Below, one piece after another: positions 1 to 10,665 of a stretch of 64,000 bases of DNA; within the stretch, counting starts at the first letter, position 1, and each line of letters opens with the position of its first letter. The DNA lies in contig JAADGE010000051.1 of NCBI GenBank assembly GCA_013152535.1, positions 70,735-134,734 of the forward strand, written 5' to 3'. Source of the DNA: Chlorobiota bacterium (GTDB lineage: Bacteria > Bacteroidota > Bacteroidia > Bacteroidales > JAADGE01). The notes beneath the pieces are model-generated. The model had not been told where the DNA came from. It ran no database searches and worked only from the letters and a program-made list of their open reading frames with translations. The position numbers and the translations under genes were made by a program.

Positions 1-1
1 A

Positions 2-2035
2 TCATTTATTGTCGGTGCATTTCTTTCTGCATTTGCAGGTTATCTCGGAATGCGAATTGCCGTAAAAGCAAATGTCCGAACAACTCATGCTGCACAAAAA
101 TCTATTAATTCAGCATTAAAAGTTGCTTTTAACGGAGGTTCTGTTATGGGTTTAGGTGTTGTGTCTCTTGGGGTTTTAGGATTAAGTATTTTATTCCTTG
201 TTTATAATTTAATGGGATTTTCAGGCGGAACTGTTGAAGTTTTAAATGTACTTACGGGTTTTTCTCTCGGAGCATCTTCTATTGCTTTATTTGCACGTGT
301 GGGAGGCGGAATATATACAAAGGCTGCTGATGTAGGTGCGGATTTGGTGGGAAAAGTTGAAAGCGGTATTCCGGAAGATCATCCTTTAAATCCTGCAACA
401 ATTGCAGATAATGTCGGCGATAATGTCGGTGATGTTGCCGGTATGGGAGCTGATTTATTTGAATCTTTTGTCGGTTCTATTGTTGCTACAATGGTTCTCG
501 GAGCAGCATTTATTTCATTGCCCGAATTTGCAAGCTTTTCAATCGGACCGGTATTATTACCCTTAACTTTAGCTGCTGCAGGAATTATTATTTCCGGAAT
601 CGGAACTTTTTTTGTCCGTATTAAAGAGGGCGGAAATCCGCATGTAGGTCTAAATATCGGTGAAGGTGTTTCTGCTGTTTTAATGATTATTGCTTCTTAT
701 TTTATTATTAACAAAATGCTTCCGGAAACTTGGGATTTTACAAATTTTGAAGGAATAACAAGAACATATACTTCTTTTAATGTTTTTACGGCAACAATTA
801 TCGGATTAATTGCGGGTTTTGCAATAGGTAAAATAACTGAATATTATACCGGAACCGGAAAAAAGCCGGTAATGTCAATTGTAAAGAAATCCAGAACGGG
901 AGCTGCTACAAATATTATCGGAGGACTTGAAATAGGAATGTTATCAACAGCTTTACCGATTATTGTAATTGCATCAGCAATTATTGGTGCATATTTTTTT
1001 GCCGGATTATACGGAATTGCAGTTGCTGCTGTCGGAATGTTAGCAAATACAGGTATTCAACTTGCTATTGATGCTTACGGACCGATTGCTGATAATGCCG
1101 GCGGAATTGCTGCAATGGCTGAACTTGATTCAGAAGTAAGAAAGAGAACAGATAAATTAGATGCTGTCGGAAACACAACCGCTGCTATCGGTAAAGGATT
1201 TGCTATAGGTTCTGCAGCACTTACAGCTTTAGCTTTGTTTACTGCTTTTATGCAACAGGCACACATTAACGTAATTGACTTAGCCAATCCCTACATCATT
1301 TCCGGTTTATTTTTCGGTGCTATGCTGCCTTTCTTATTTTCTGCTTTGGCTATGGGTGCAGTAGGTCGTGCTGCAAGTAAAATGATTGATGAAGTAAGAC
1401 GACAATTCAGAGATATTCCTGTTTTAAAAGAAGCATTAGTCATTATAAAAAAATATGACGGAGATACGGCAAAAGCAACTTCCGAAGAAAAAGAAATTAT
1501 TAAAAAAGCAGACGGTTCTGCGGAATATGATAAATGCGTGGCTATTTCTACAAAATCATCTCTCAGAGAAATGATTTTACCCGGTTTGTTGGCTCTTGTC
1601 GTACCGGCATTAGTCGGATTTATAGGCGGTGCCGAAATTCTCGGCGGTGTTTTAGCCGGAGTAACATCTTCAGGTGTAATTATGGCAATTTTTCAGGCAA
1701 ATGCCGGCGGAGCCTGGGATAATGCAAAAAAGATGGTTGAAGAAGGTATCACATGTGAAGACGGAGAAGTATTTAATAAGGGTTCTGAAATGCATAATGC
1801 AACGATTGTAGGTGATACTGTCGGAGATCCGTTTAAAGACACTTCCGGTCCGTCATTAAATATATTGGTTAAATTAATGTCGATTGTAGCATTGGTTATA
1901 GCACCGAGTATTGCAGTTCCGATTAAAGAAGCACCTCAAAACATCAAAGAAGCAAAATCAAAAATAATAAAACAACAAGAAACAAAAGTAATAACAGAAA
2001 ATATTGCTCGTTTCAATGACTTCAAAGCTCAATAA
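2..2035 (+). CDS. hppA: Membrane-bound proton/sodium-translocating pyrophosphatase, K+-dependent subfamily (5' end outside the window)
   Basis: The frame is open from the window edge (nt 2: [20 protein letters not shown]...), so the ATG at 50 is internal. Multi-TM protein with the motifs [58 protein letters not shown] and [23 protein letters not shown]. Ala/Gly in [10 protein letters not shown] (not Lys/Thr) marks the K+-dependent class. Confidence 0.93.
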   Translation, partial: SFIVGAFLSAFAGYLGMRIAVKANVRTTHAAQKSINSALKVAFNGGSVMGLGVVSLGVLGLSILFLVYNLMGFSGGTVEVLNVLTGFSLGASSIALFARVGGGIYTKAADVGADLVGKVESGIPEDHPLNPATIADNVGDNVGDVAGMGADLFESFVGSIVATMVLGAAFISLPEFASFSIGPVLLPLTLAAAGIIISGIGTFFVRIKEGGNPHVGLNIGEGVSAVLMIIASYFIINKMLPETWDFTNFEGITRTYTSFNVFTATIIGLIAGFAIGKITEYYTGTGKKPVMSIVKKSRTGAATNIIGGLEIGMLSTALPIIVIASAIIGAYFFAGLYGIAVAAVGMLANTGIQLAIDAYGPIADNAGGIAAMAELDSEVRKRTDKLDAVGNTTAAIGKGFAIGSAALTALALFTAFMQQAHINVIDLANPYIISGLFFGAMLPFLFSALAMGAVGRAASKMIDEVRRQFRDIPVLKEALVIIKKYDGDTAKATSEEKEIIKKADGSAEYDKCVAISTKSSLREMILPGLLALVVPALVGFIGGAEILGGVLAGVTSSGVIMAIFQANAGGAWDNAKKMVEEGITCEDGEVFNKGSEMHNATIVGDTVGDPFKDTSGPSLNILVKLMSIVALVIAPSIAVPIKEAPQNIKEAKSKIIKQQETKVITENIARFNDFKAQ

Positions 2036-2060
2036 AATTTAATTTTCCATATAAATATTA

Positions 2061-2093
2061 AAAAGACTTCTTGATTCAGGAAGTCTTTTTTTT
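2061..2093 (+). terminator. Rho-independent terminator after hppA
   Basis: AGACTTC (2064-2070) pairs with GAAGTCT (2080-2086) and is followed by a T-run. An A-run precedes the stem. Confidence 0.6.
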
Positions 2094-2201
2094 ATTGCAT
2101 TTATATGTTAATTAGGTATCTTTATTCTAAAAAAGCACAGTTTTTTTTTTGATTAGTTGATAATATTTGTACTTTTAAAAATTAATTCTATCAAATAACA
2201 T

Positions 2202-4193
2202 ATGTTCAATAACTTTATTAAACTTTTTTTAATCCTTTTTTTCTTATTTCCGAATTTCAGTTTATTCGGACAGGAAAAACAAAATAAAGACAGTTTACTG
2301 CAAATTGTCAATATGCCGGAGAAAGATACATCAACAGTAAATGCTTTATCTGAATTAGCTGAACTTTATATCTATCAAAATATTGATTCTGCACTAATGT
2401 ACAGTAACAATGCTTTGGCTCTTTCCGAAAATCTCTTTTTCTATACCGGAACAGCCGGGGCATACAGAGAATTGGGACGTATAAATAGAATTGCAGGTCA
2501 TTATGAAAAAGCACTTAATTATTTTTATAAAGCTTTAAAAATAAATGATAAATTAAAAGATACTTTAAACAGAGGCAGAAATTTTGCAGAAATCAGTATT
2601 ATTCATTATTATCAGGGTAATTTAGATAAATCATTAGAATTTTGTTTAAAAGCTGCTGATATTTTTAAAAAGAAAAATATATCAAAAGATCTTGCAAATG
2701 TTTATAATAATATAGGATTAATTTATTCCGGTTATAATAAATTAGATACTGCACAAAATTATTTTGATAAAACAATTACAATAGCAAAACAAATTGGCAA
2801 TAATAAAATTATAATAAGTGCCTTAGGAAATACCGCCCGAAATTTTTTACTTAAAAAAGAATACAGAAAATCCATAAATAAATTTATTGAACTTTCTAAA
2901 AAAATTAATTCTGAGAATGATAAATCTACTTTGAGTCTTACTTATTCAAATATTAGTATGGTATATTTAAAACTGGCAGAAAAAAACAACAGAAAAAAAA
3001 TAAGCTATGCCGACAGTTCGTTGAAATATGCAGAAAAAGCTTTAAAATATGCCGATGAAGTTAATGCAAATTCATTACGATTATACGCATACAACTCTTA
3101 TACCGAAGCCTACAAATTAAAAAAAAATTACAGAAAAGCTTTTGAATATCTTGAAAAATTTACTGATGTAAACGACAGTATTTTCAGCAAAGACAAAATA
3201 AATGCTATTGCTGCAATTGAAACAAAGTACCAAAATGAAAAAAAACAACTTATCATTGAAAGCCTGCAAAAAGAAAAAATATCAGACGATAAAATTATTC
3301 AAAAACAAAAAACTATTATTTTTATTGTAATTGTAGGATTTATTATTGTTTTAGTATTGTTATTATTCTTAATCTATTTATACAGAAGTAAAAAAAGAGC
3401 TCTGTTTTTGTTAGACGAAAAAAATAAAGATATATTAATACACCGAGAAGAAATTGCTGCACAAAGAGATAAAATCAGTGAAATTGCTTTTGAACTAAAA
3501 AAATCAAACAGAACTAAAAATAAGTTATTTTCGATTATTGCACACGACTTAAAAAATCCTTTTCAGGGAATTATCGGTTTTTCGGAAATGATAAAAGAAG
3601 AAGCAGAAAAATCTGATTTAAAAACAATTTCAAAATATGCAAAATATATTTATAATGCTTCTAATCAAACATATAAATTCTTAGATAATCTTTTAAATTT
3701 TACAAGAAGCCAAATCGGATTGTTAAAATATAATCCCAAAAATATTAATTTAAAAAATATTTTTGATGACAGTATTACATTAATACAGAGTAATGCTAAA
3801 GAAAAAGGGGTTTCTCTTATTAATGAAACAAACAAAACATTAACGGCTTATGCTGACGAAACAATGATCAGTACAGTAATGAGAAATTTGATTTCAAATG
3901 CCGTAAAATTCACTTCTGAAGGCGGGTTTGTAAAAATTACTGCAAAAAAAGATAAAGATTCTGTTATCATAAAAATAATTGATAACGGTACGGGGATTAA
4001 AGAAACTGATATTCCGAAGTTATTTAAAGCCGATTTGAATTTTTCAACATTCGGAACTCACAATGAAAAAGGAACCGGTTTGGGATTAGTTGTTTGCAAA
4101 GATTTTATTAAAAAAAATAACGGAACAATAAGTGTTGAAAGTGAAATCGGAAAAGGCAGCGCATTTACAATCCTGTTACCTGCAAATAAATAG
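2202..4193 (+). CDS. Orphan sensor histidine kinase with N-terminal signal peptide, TPR-like repeats, one TM segment, HisKA and HATPase_c
   Basis: Repeated A..Y...L.I TPR-like units. TM segment IIFIVIVGFIIVLVLLLFLIYLY. H-box FSIIAHDLKNPF. N/G boxes NLISNAVKFT, DNGTGI, GTGLGL. No response regulator is adjacent. Confidence 0.85.
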   Translation: MFNNFIKLFLILFFLFPNFSLFGQEKQNKDSLLQIVNMPEKDTSTVNALSELAELYIYQNIDSALMYSNNALALSENLFFYTGTAGAYRELGRINRIAGHYEKALNYFYKALKINDKLKDTLNRGRNFAEISIIHYYQGNLDKSLEFCLKAADIFKKKNISKDLANVYNNIGLIYSGYNKLDTAQNYFDKTITIAKQIGNNKIIISALGNTARNFLLKKEYRKSINKFIELSKKINSENDKSTLSLTYSNISMVYLKLAEKNNRKKISYADSSLKYAEKALKYADEVNANSLRLYAYNSYTEAYKLKKNYRKAFEYLEKFTDVNDSIFSKDKINAIAAIETKYQNEKKQLIIESLQKEKISDDKIIQKQKTIIFIVIVGFIIVLVLLLFLIYLYRSKKRALFLLDEKNKDILIHREEIAAQRDKISEIAFELKKSNRTKNKLFSIIAHDLKNPFQGIIGFSEMIKEEAEKSDLKTISKYAKYIYNASNQTYKFLDNLLNFTRSQIGLLKYNPKNINLKNIFDDSITLIQSNAKEKGVSLINETNKTLTAYADETMISTVMRNLISNAVKFTSEGGFVKITAKKDKDSVIIKIIDNGTGIKETDIPKLFKADLNFSTFGTHNEKGTGLGLVVCKDFIKKNNGTISVESEIGKGSAFTILLPANK

Positions 4194-4411
4194 AATATGT
4201 AACAGATAAGAATCCCGAAATTATAATATTTATTGTTTGAGTCTGTTCCAAAAGTAAAATTTACAGAGCTACAACAAACTGATACACAGAATTTTAAACA
4301 TTAACAGATTTCGTGCATTTATGGTTTTTAGACTTCTCGGGGGTAAACTCTTCTATTTCTGTCATTTTCTCTCTGTCACAGCAGATTCTTAAGAAGATTG
4401 AATATTTTTAA

Positions 4412-4873
4412 CTATTTTTCTTTATATTTTCTGACAATTAAGCCTATATCAATTACCAAAATAACCGGATTATTATTCATAACATGTTTGATTTTAAAGG
4501 TATATTTGCCTCTTTTCAGAAAAGTTTTGTCAGAAAATATATTTTCAATATCCCACAATTGTCCCGTAACTTCGCCAAGGTATTTTCCGGTTTTATCGGT
4601 AACAGGGAACTCGGCATTTTTCTCCGACATTTTACCTTCGGGGGTGGTTTGTTCGATATTAATTTTAATGCTGGTAAAAGGATAACCGGTTGAATAACGC
4701 ATAGCAAAAATTAAATCGTAATTTCCGTCTTCAGGAATTGAAACATTGAAGGTTTTTACGTCTTTTTTATACCATTTCATATCTTTAACAGATTGAAAAT
4801 TTCGGTAAATATCATTACAGGCAGTAAAAAATGTTACTGCTGTAATAAAGGATATTAAAATTATGTTTCTCAT
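4412..4873 (-). CDS. gldH: GldH-like gliding-motility lipoprotein
   Basis: 153 aa with a lipoprotein signal ending FFTAC. The size and the pattern W...d..F.v.i......YD(L/I)....R....YP(F/Y)....I.I..........G.YTF.I.H.M matches my recollection of the GldH family. Assigned by memory only. Confidence 0.55.
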   Translation of the reverse strand: MRNIILISFITAVTFFTACNDIYRNFQSVKDMKWYKKDVKTFNVSIPEDGNYDLIFAMRYSTGYPFTSIKINIEQTTPEGKMSEKNAEFPVTDKTGKYLGEVTGQLWDIENIFSDKTFLKRGKYTFKIKHVMNNNPVILVIDIGLIVRKYKEK

Positions 4874-4901
4874 TATTTAATTTTTTATAAATTAAAGATA
4901 C

Positions 4902-4934
4902 AAAAAAAACATCAGAAATAATAATTCTGATGTT
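4902..4934 (-). terminator. Rho-independent terminator downstream of tsaD
   Basis: Perfect 10-bp stem AACATCAGAA (4908-4917) / TTCTGATGTT (4925-4934) with a 7-nt loop. The A-run on the plus strand (4902-4909) is a U-tail on the minus strand. Confidence 0.6.
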
Positions 4935-5030
4935 AAAAAGCATAAAATTAATTTTTACAAATCTGAATTTGCAACTCTGTATATTTTGCTTTAACTTTTT
5001 TGGCTTTGCAAGGCAATATTTATTTCTTCG

Positions 5031-6050
5031 TTAATTGTCTTTCATTCTGGCTTCTGCACTAACTCCCTGTCCTGCAAAATCCTTGTTCAGAAACTTATAA
5101 TATCCCGTAACGGCAATCATAGCAGCATTATCGGTTGTAAATTCAAAATCAGGAATATGTAAAGTCCAGTTGTTTTCGGCTGCTTCTGCCCGCAAGCGAT
5201 TTCTTAATCCCGAGTTTGCCGAAACTCCTCCCGCAACGGCAATTTCCGTAATTCCTGTTTGGATAACGGCATTTTTTAATTTTTCAATTAAAATATCAAC
5301 AATCGTAAATTGCACCGAAGCACAAATATCATATAAATTTTCTTTTACAAAATTCGGATTTTGTGCTGATTCATCTCTTATAAAATATAAAATAGCTGTT
5401 TTTAATCCGCTGAAACTAAAATTTGTTTTCCCCACTTTCGGTCTCGAAAATTTAAAACGTTCCGGGTTCCCTTGTTTGGCATATTTATCAATTAACGGAC
5501 CGCCGGGGTAAGGTAAACCCAGTATTTTTGCTGTTTTATCAAAAGCTTCTCCGGCAGCGTCATCAATAGTTGTTCCTATAACTTGTTTTTCAAAAAAACT
5601 TTTTACAAGTATAATCTGAGTGTGTCCGCCGGAAACCAAAAGCGTTAAAAACGGAAATTCAGGGTCGGTATGCGGTATATTTTTTTCTTTTAAAAATAAA
5701 GCTGCAATGTGCCCCTGAAGATGGTTTACCTCAATTAAAGGAATATTTTTTGCCAAAGCAAAACCTTTTGCAAATGAAACACCTACAAGTAAAGAGCCCA
5801 ACAGACCGGGACCTCTTGTAAATGCAATCGCATCAATATCATTAATCGAAATTTTTGCATTATGTATTGCCGTATGTACGACAGGAACAATATTTGCCTG
5901 ATGTGCCCTCGAAGCAAGTTCCGGAACAACACCGCCGTATTTTTTATGCACGTCCTGATTTGCCGTAACATTTGAAAGCAAAAATCCGTCTTGTATCACG
6001 GCTGCCGAGGTATCATCACACGAAGATTCTATAGCTAAAATTGTAATCAA
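5031..6050 (-). CDS. tsaD: tRNA N6-adenosine threonylcarbamoyltransferase
   Basis: ILAIESSCDDTSAAV N-terminus, HxxGH metal motif (HLQGHIAA), LLVSGGHTQ and GVSANSGLR. TTG start codon at 6050. Confidence 0.95.
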   Translation of the reverse strand: MITILAIESSCDDTSAAVIQDGFLLSNVTANQDVHKKYGGVVPELASRAHQANIVPVVHTAIHNAKISINDIDAIAFTRGPGLLGSLLVGVSFAKGFALAKNIPLIEVNHLQGHIAALFLKEKNIPHTDPEFPFLTLLVSGGHTQIILVKSFFEKQVIGTTIDDAAGEAFDKTAKILGLPYPGGPLIDKYAKQGNPERFKFSRPKVGKTNFSFSGLKTAILYFIRDESAQNPNFVKENLYDICASVQFTIVDILIEKLKNAVIQTGITEIAVAGGVSANSGLRNRLRAEAAENNWTLHIPDFEFTTDNAAMIAVTGYYKFLNKDFAGQGVSAEARMKDN

Positions 6051-6175
6051 AATTCAGATATTTTCTTTAATAAAATAATATTTTGCCCTTTCCGGCATTT
6101 AGTTTGCAAAAATAAACAAATAAATTATCCAGAAACTTCGTTTATCTCAAATAAAAATAATTATTTTGTAAACGT

Positions 6176-9100
6176 ATGCAAAAGCGTGTATTTCAAACGG
6201 ACAAATTAAGACGTTTTACCCTTTATGGTATTATTACCTTATTGATTCTTCTGTTGAGCTTAATTATTATGTTGCAAACAGCTTACATTCAAACAAAAAT
6301 AACCAATTATATTACCAAAGAATTGTCGGAAAAACTAAAAACAGATATTCATATTGATAATGTAAATATCAGTCTGTTTAAGGGATTTAAGATACAAGGT
6401 ATTTTAATTAAAGATTTAAACAGAGATACAATGCTGTATATAAAAGATTTATATATTTTACCGTCAGGCATTCCGACCAATTTTAACAAACTCTCTTTTA
6501 GGTCTGTAGAACTTGATGAGCTATATTTTAATTTGTATGAAGTAAAAAAAGACACTTTAAATCTTGATTATATCATTGATGCAATGATACCTAAGAATGA
6601 CACAAGCAAAACTGAAGATTTTCATTTGAGAACAGCTAATTTAACAATTCATAATTCAGTTTTTAAATATAAAGAAATTGACAGTATTACAAATGACGGA
6701 ATGGATTTTGAAGATATGCAATTTTCTGATATTGAAGTTAATATTAATGATGTTGATATTTTTAACAGCACTATTCAAACAGTAATTAAAAATATATCAT
6801 TAAAAGAAAAAAGCGGATTAATTGTTAAGAATATAAGCACTAAAAAGAACTTTATCTCTCCGACAAAAATTCTGATAAAAGACTTAGATATTCAAACAGA
6901 TAAAAGTCATTTACAATTTGACAGCTTAAACTTATCGTATCCGGACAGATATTATTTCTCACCCTATAAAACAGATTTATACGTTGAGGCATCTTTTAAA
7001 AAAAGTTCTGCCGTAAATTATCAGGATATAGCTCTTTTTTTGCAGGATAGTATTATGCAAAACGGAAATATTTTTATTGCCGGAAACATTAAAGGTAAGT
7101 TGAATAATTTATATCTGTCCGGATTTTCTTTAAATGCCGAAAATGTTTTTTCTTTGAAAACAACTTCTCATATTAAAAATTTTCCTGACTGGAAGAATCT
7201 TGCATTTGATATCAATATTTCAGAATTGAAAGCAAATTTTGAGCAATTATCTCATTTCAGCTTGCCCGGTAAAAATAAACCGTTGATAAAAGTCCCTGTT
7301 GAATTGCAAAAGATTAAAAGTGTGAGTTATATCGGAAAAACAAAAGGAAATTCGTCAGATTTCACATCAAAAGGGATTTTATCAGGAGATTTCGGAAAAA
7401 TAACAATTGATGCTTCAGCACAAAAAGATACGGACAGTTTTACAACAATAACCGGAAATTTAACCGGAAAAAATATTGACATCGGTCGTGCTCTTGATAA
7501 TTCAATATTCGGGAAATTATCATTTGAGCAAAATTTTAATCTTATTTATTTAAAAAATAAAAAAATAAATATTAACACTTCCGGCATCATAAGTCAATTT
7601 AATTTTAAAAATCATACATATCATAATATTAATTTATTCGCTTCTGTAAATGATAAAATTCTGGACAGTTTAAATATAAGTATTAATCAACCGGAATTAG
7701 TTGCGGACTTATCCGGTTTTGGAGATTTTTCGGAAAATATTCCCAAATTAAACATTTTTACCGATATTTTACATGCCGATTTACAAGCAATGAAATTTAA
7801 AACAATGCCTTCATCATTGCAAACTGAAATAGTCGGCAATTTTAAAGGTCTCAATATTGACGATTTTGAGGGTACTGTTAAATTAAAAAAACCGCTTATT
7901 TATACAGAAGAAAATATTAATACCGTAATTACAAATTTATTGTTGAAGAGTAAATATACTGTAAAAGATTCCGTAAAATCAAAACAAATTTCATTAACAT
8001 CCGATATTGTTGATGTTTATTTAAAAAGCACAGGGAATATTTCAAATTCTTTCAAATCACTGAAATTAGTTTTTGATAATATATTTGACGAACCGATTAC
8101 TGAAAAAAAACCTGAAACAATTTCGGCAAATGACTTCTTGGATTTCAGCATAAATATTAAAAAACCGAATGTTCTTACACAACTGTTTTTACCTGATTTC
8201 GAAATAACGGCACAAAGTAAAGTTTTCGGCTATTTTCAACCTTATACCGAAAAATTTAATTTATCATTTAATGCAAAAGAGTTAAAATATAAAAGCAGCA
8301 GTATTAAAGATTTTTATTTTATTACATATACACACAATAATAAATTATATGCAGGATTAGGCGGTTCTTCTGTAAAGCCGAATAAAAATTTCTATCTTGA
8401 AAATCTTAATTTGGGAGGCGAAATTAAAAAAGACAATGTAAATTTTAATTTAATATGGAATAACTTTAAAGACAGTGCAAATTATGCGGCTGATATTTCC
8501 GGAACTGTAGTTATTCACAAAAAAGAGAATAATAAATATCGTTACAAATGCACATTTTCAAATTCTGAATTAACATTAAATGATATTCTTTGGAAATTTG
8601 ATAATGCTGCAGTAAACATTGATTCTTCTCATATTAATATTTCGGATTTCAGAATTATACATAATAACGAAGAAGTCTATATAGACGGTAATATCTCAAA
8701 ATATCAAGGTGATATTTTATATGCAAAGTTTAAAAACTTGAATATCAGCAATTTTAAACCCTTAATTTCAGATGATATAAAACTAACAGGTAAATTAAGC
8801 GGTTTTTCGACTTTTGCAGGACTTTATTCATCGCCTTTGGTTTTTACAAAAGACTCAATTATTGATTTAAATATTAATAATATGAATTTGGGAAATTTTT
8901 ATTTGAAAAGTTTTTGGGATGATGCAAAAAATTCTGTTCATGTAAATGCCTATAACCGGAAAGGCAAACGAAAATTTATGAATGATACAATATACGGTGA
9001 TTATAATCCGGATAATAAAACATTAAATTTTACGGTTGATGTAAGAAGTATGCTTTTAAAAACCTTTAGAGATTATTATGTTGATTTTGTCGATTTTAAT

Positions 9101-10627
9101 CCGTCGGCATTTTTAGCCGGAAAAATTAATATTAAAGGGAAAATTAATAATCCTGATATTACAGGAAATTTTAAAATTAAACAAACAACGGCATACATAC
9201 GATATTTAAATACGTTTAATAATATTGATGAATTACAATTTCGTTTTAATCGAAAAAATATAATAATAAACAAAACAAAAATGACGGCAAAAAACGGAAA
9301 GGGAACAGCTTTTATTTCCGGAATAATTCATCATAATAATTTTAAGAAATTTGCATTAGATATTGATGCTCAGGTAAATAACTATGACATATTAGATATC
9401 ATACGCACTGATTCATCCTACTATTACGGTCAGGCATATGCAAGCGGAAATATTAATTTTTCCGGACCTTTAGATGATATTTTTCTTGATGCAAATTTAA
9501 CGACAGAAAAAAATACCATTGTTTACATCCCTATTTCTTCTGATAAAACGTATAATGAAGAAAACAGCTTTTTAACATTTAAAACAGATACTGCAATTAT
9601 TCATAAATCGAAACCGTCAGTAAATATTACACAAAATACCGGCGGTTTCAGTATGAATTTAAAATTAGATGTTACGCCGGATGCCGATATTGAAATTTTA
9701 CCCGATGAAAGTTCCGGAGACATACAAACTGTCGGAAACGGCGGAATAAGTCTTATTTTAGATAAAAAGGGGGATTTTAATGTTTACGGGACTTATAATA
9801 TTTCAAAAGGGCATTATCAATTTAATCTGCAAAACATAATACGTACGGATTTTGTTATTACCGAAAACAGTACCATTGATTGGTTCGGTGCACCGGAAGA
9901 TGCGACCGTAAATATTAATGCGGCATATATGCTTAACAATGTATCCCTTTCGGATTTAACTCAAGACCCGAATGAAGTAAGACGAACAAATGTTCAATGT
10001 GTTATAAATATTACCGGTAAATTATTGAATCCGAAATTTAAATTAAATATTATATTACCCGAAAATTTAAATGAATATTCATCAAAACTAAATAATTTGG
10101 CTGAAAATGAATTAAATCAACAATTTTTATCTTTGTTACTTATCGGTGTTTTTCAGCCTTTACCCGGAATTAAGCAGGAAAATATTGCAGGAAATCAAGT
10201 AACCGGAGAAATTTTATCGAAACAATTAAACGGACTTTTAAAGTCAATTAAATATGTTGATTTGAATTTTGATTATAAATCCGGTAATGAAAATATCTCT
10301 AATGAATATAAACTTGGTTTGTCAAAAAAGTTTTTAAACGATCGTATTGAAATAAAAGGTAATTTAGGTATCGGCGGACAAGAAACACAACAATCTGATG
10401 CTGCAAATTATATCGGAGAATTTGAATTGCAGGCTAAATTAAATAAAAAAGGAACCATCAGAGCAAAAGTATATAATAAAGCGAATGATAAAATAGAAAA
10501 TGACGGAGATTATACTCAGGGTCTCGGCTTTATTTGGAGAAGAGATTTTGATTATTTATTTCGTTTTAATCGGAAACAAAAACCGGATACCGTAAAAATT
10601 CCGGAACGCAATGACAGTATTAAATAA
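6176..10627 (+). CDS. TamB-like translocation and assembly module protein (giant beta-rich envelope protein)
   Basis: 1483 aa with a single N-terminal TM anchor (LYGIITLLILLLSLIIMLQ) and a long repetitive beta-strand-like body. The C-terminal DUF490-like region has ...GDIQTVGNGGISL...G.Y.I..G.Y.F and a LGLSKKFLNDRIEIKGNLGIG tail. Divergent placement next to tsaD is common in Bacteroidota. Confidence 0.7.
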   Translation: MQKRVFQTDKLRRFTLYGIITLLILLLSLIIMLQTAYIQTKITNYITKELSEKLKTDIHIDNVNISLFKGFKIQGILIKDLNRDTMLYIKDLYILPSGIPTNFNKLSFRSVELDELYFNLYEVKKDTLNLDYIIDAMIPKNDTSKTEDFHLRTANLTIHNSVFKYKEIDSITNDGMDFEDMQFSDIEVNINDVDIFNSTIQTVIKNISLKEKSGLIVKNISTKKNFISPTKILIKDLDIQTDKSHLQFDSLNLSYPDRYYFSPYKTDLYVEASFKKSSAVNYQDIALFLQDSIMQNGNIFIAGNIKGKLNNLYLSGFSLNAENVFSLKTTSHIKNFPDWKNLAFDINISELKANFEQLSHFSLPGKNKPLIKVPVELQKIKSVSYIGKTKGNSSDFTSKGILSGDFGKITIDASAQKDTDSFTTITGNLTGKNIDIGRALDNSIFGKLSFEQNFNLIYLKNKKININTSGIISQFNFKNHTYHNINLFASVNDKILDSLNISINQPELVADLSGFGDFSENIPKLNIFTDILHADLQAMKFKTMPSSLQTEIVGNFKGLNIDDFEGTVKLKKPLIYTEENINTVITNLLLKSKYTVKDSVKSKQISLTSDIVDVYLKSTGNISNSFKSLKLVFDNIFDEPITEKKPETISANDFLDFSINIKKPNVLTQLFLPDFEITAQSKVFGYFQPYTEKFNLSFNAKELKYKSSSIKDFYFITYTHNNKLYAGLGGSSVKPNKNFYLENLNLGGEIKKDNVNFNLIWNNFKDSANYAADISGTVVIHKKENNKYRYKCTFSNSELTLNDILWKFDNAAVNIDSSHINISDFRIIHNNEEVYIDGNISKYQGDILYAKFKNLNISNFKPLISDDIKLTGKLSGFSTFAGLYSSPLVFTKDSIIDLNINNMNLGNFYLKSFWDDAKNSVHVNAYNRKGKRKFMNDTIYGDYNPDNKTLNFTVDVRSMLLKTFRDYYVDFVDFNPSAFLAGKINIKGKINNPDITGNFKIKQTTAYIRYLNTFNNIDELQFRFNRKNIIINKTKMTAKNGKGTAFISGIIHHNNFKKFALDIDAQVNNYDILDIIRTDSSYYYGQAYASGNINFSGPLDDIFLDANLTTEKNTIVYIPISSDKTYNEENSFLTFKTDTAIIHKSKPSVNITQNTGGFSMNLKLDVTPDADIEILPDESSGDIQTVGNGGISLILDKKGDFNVYGTYNISKGHYQFNLQNIIRTDFVITENSTIDWFGAPEDATVNINAAYMLNNVSLSDLTQDPNEVRRTNVQCVINITGKLLNPKFKLNIILPENLNEYSSKLNNLAENELNQQFLSLLLIGVFQPLPGIKQENIAGNQVTGEILSKQLNGLLKSIKYVDLNFDYKSGNENISNEYKLGLSKKFLNDRIEIKGNLGIGGQETQQSDAANYIGEFELQAKLNKKGTIRAKVYNKANDKIENDGDYTQGLGFIWRRDFDYLFRFNRKQKPDTVKIPERNDSIK

Positions 10628-10660
10628 ATAACCCGATAACTTGTAAAATTATCGGGTTAT
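10628..10660. terminator. Bidirectional terminator hairpin between the convergent tamB-like and thiolase genes
   Basis: Perfect 12-bp stem ATAACCCGATAA (10628-10639) / TTATCGGGTTAT (10649-10660) with a 9-nt loop. Confidence 0.65.
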
Positions 10661-10665
10661 CAGTA

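Noticed and set aside
1075-1722. Track ORFs 1075..1287(-) and 1534..1722(+) inside the pyrophosphatase gene.
   Set aside because: They are embedded in alternative frames of a gene with unmistakable family motifs. Their translations are low-complexity (Ala/Ile-rich or Arg/Cys-rich), as expected for shadow ORFs.
4386-4395. 10-bp palindrome TTCTTAAGAA just downstream of the gldH-like stop.
   Set aside because: It is short and AT-rich with no loop or U-tract. Chance occurrence is likely in this composition.
4398-4707. Three overlapping ORFs (4398..4685+, 4484..4693+, 4516..4707-) overlapping the GldH-like gene.
   Set aside because: They lie in other frames or on the antisense strand of the 4412..4873 lipoprotein gene, which has a proper lipobox and family-like pattern. 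None has a recognisable motif or promoter box.
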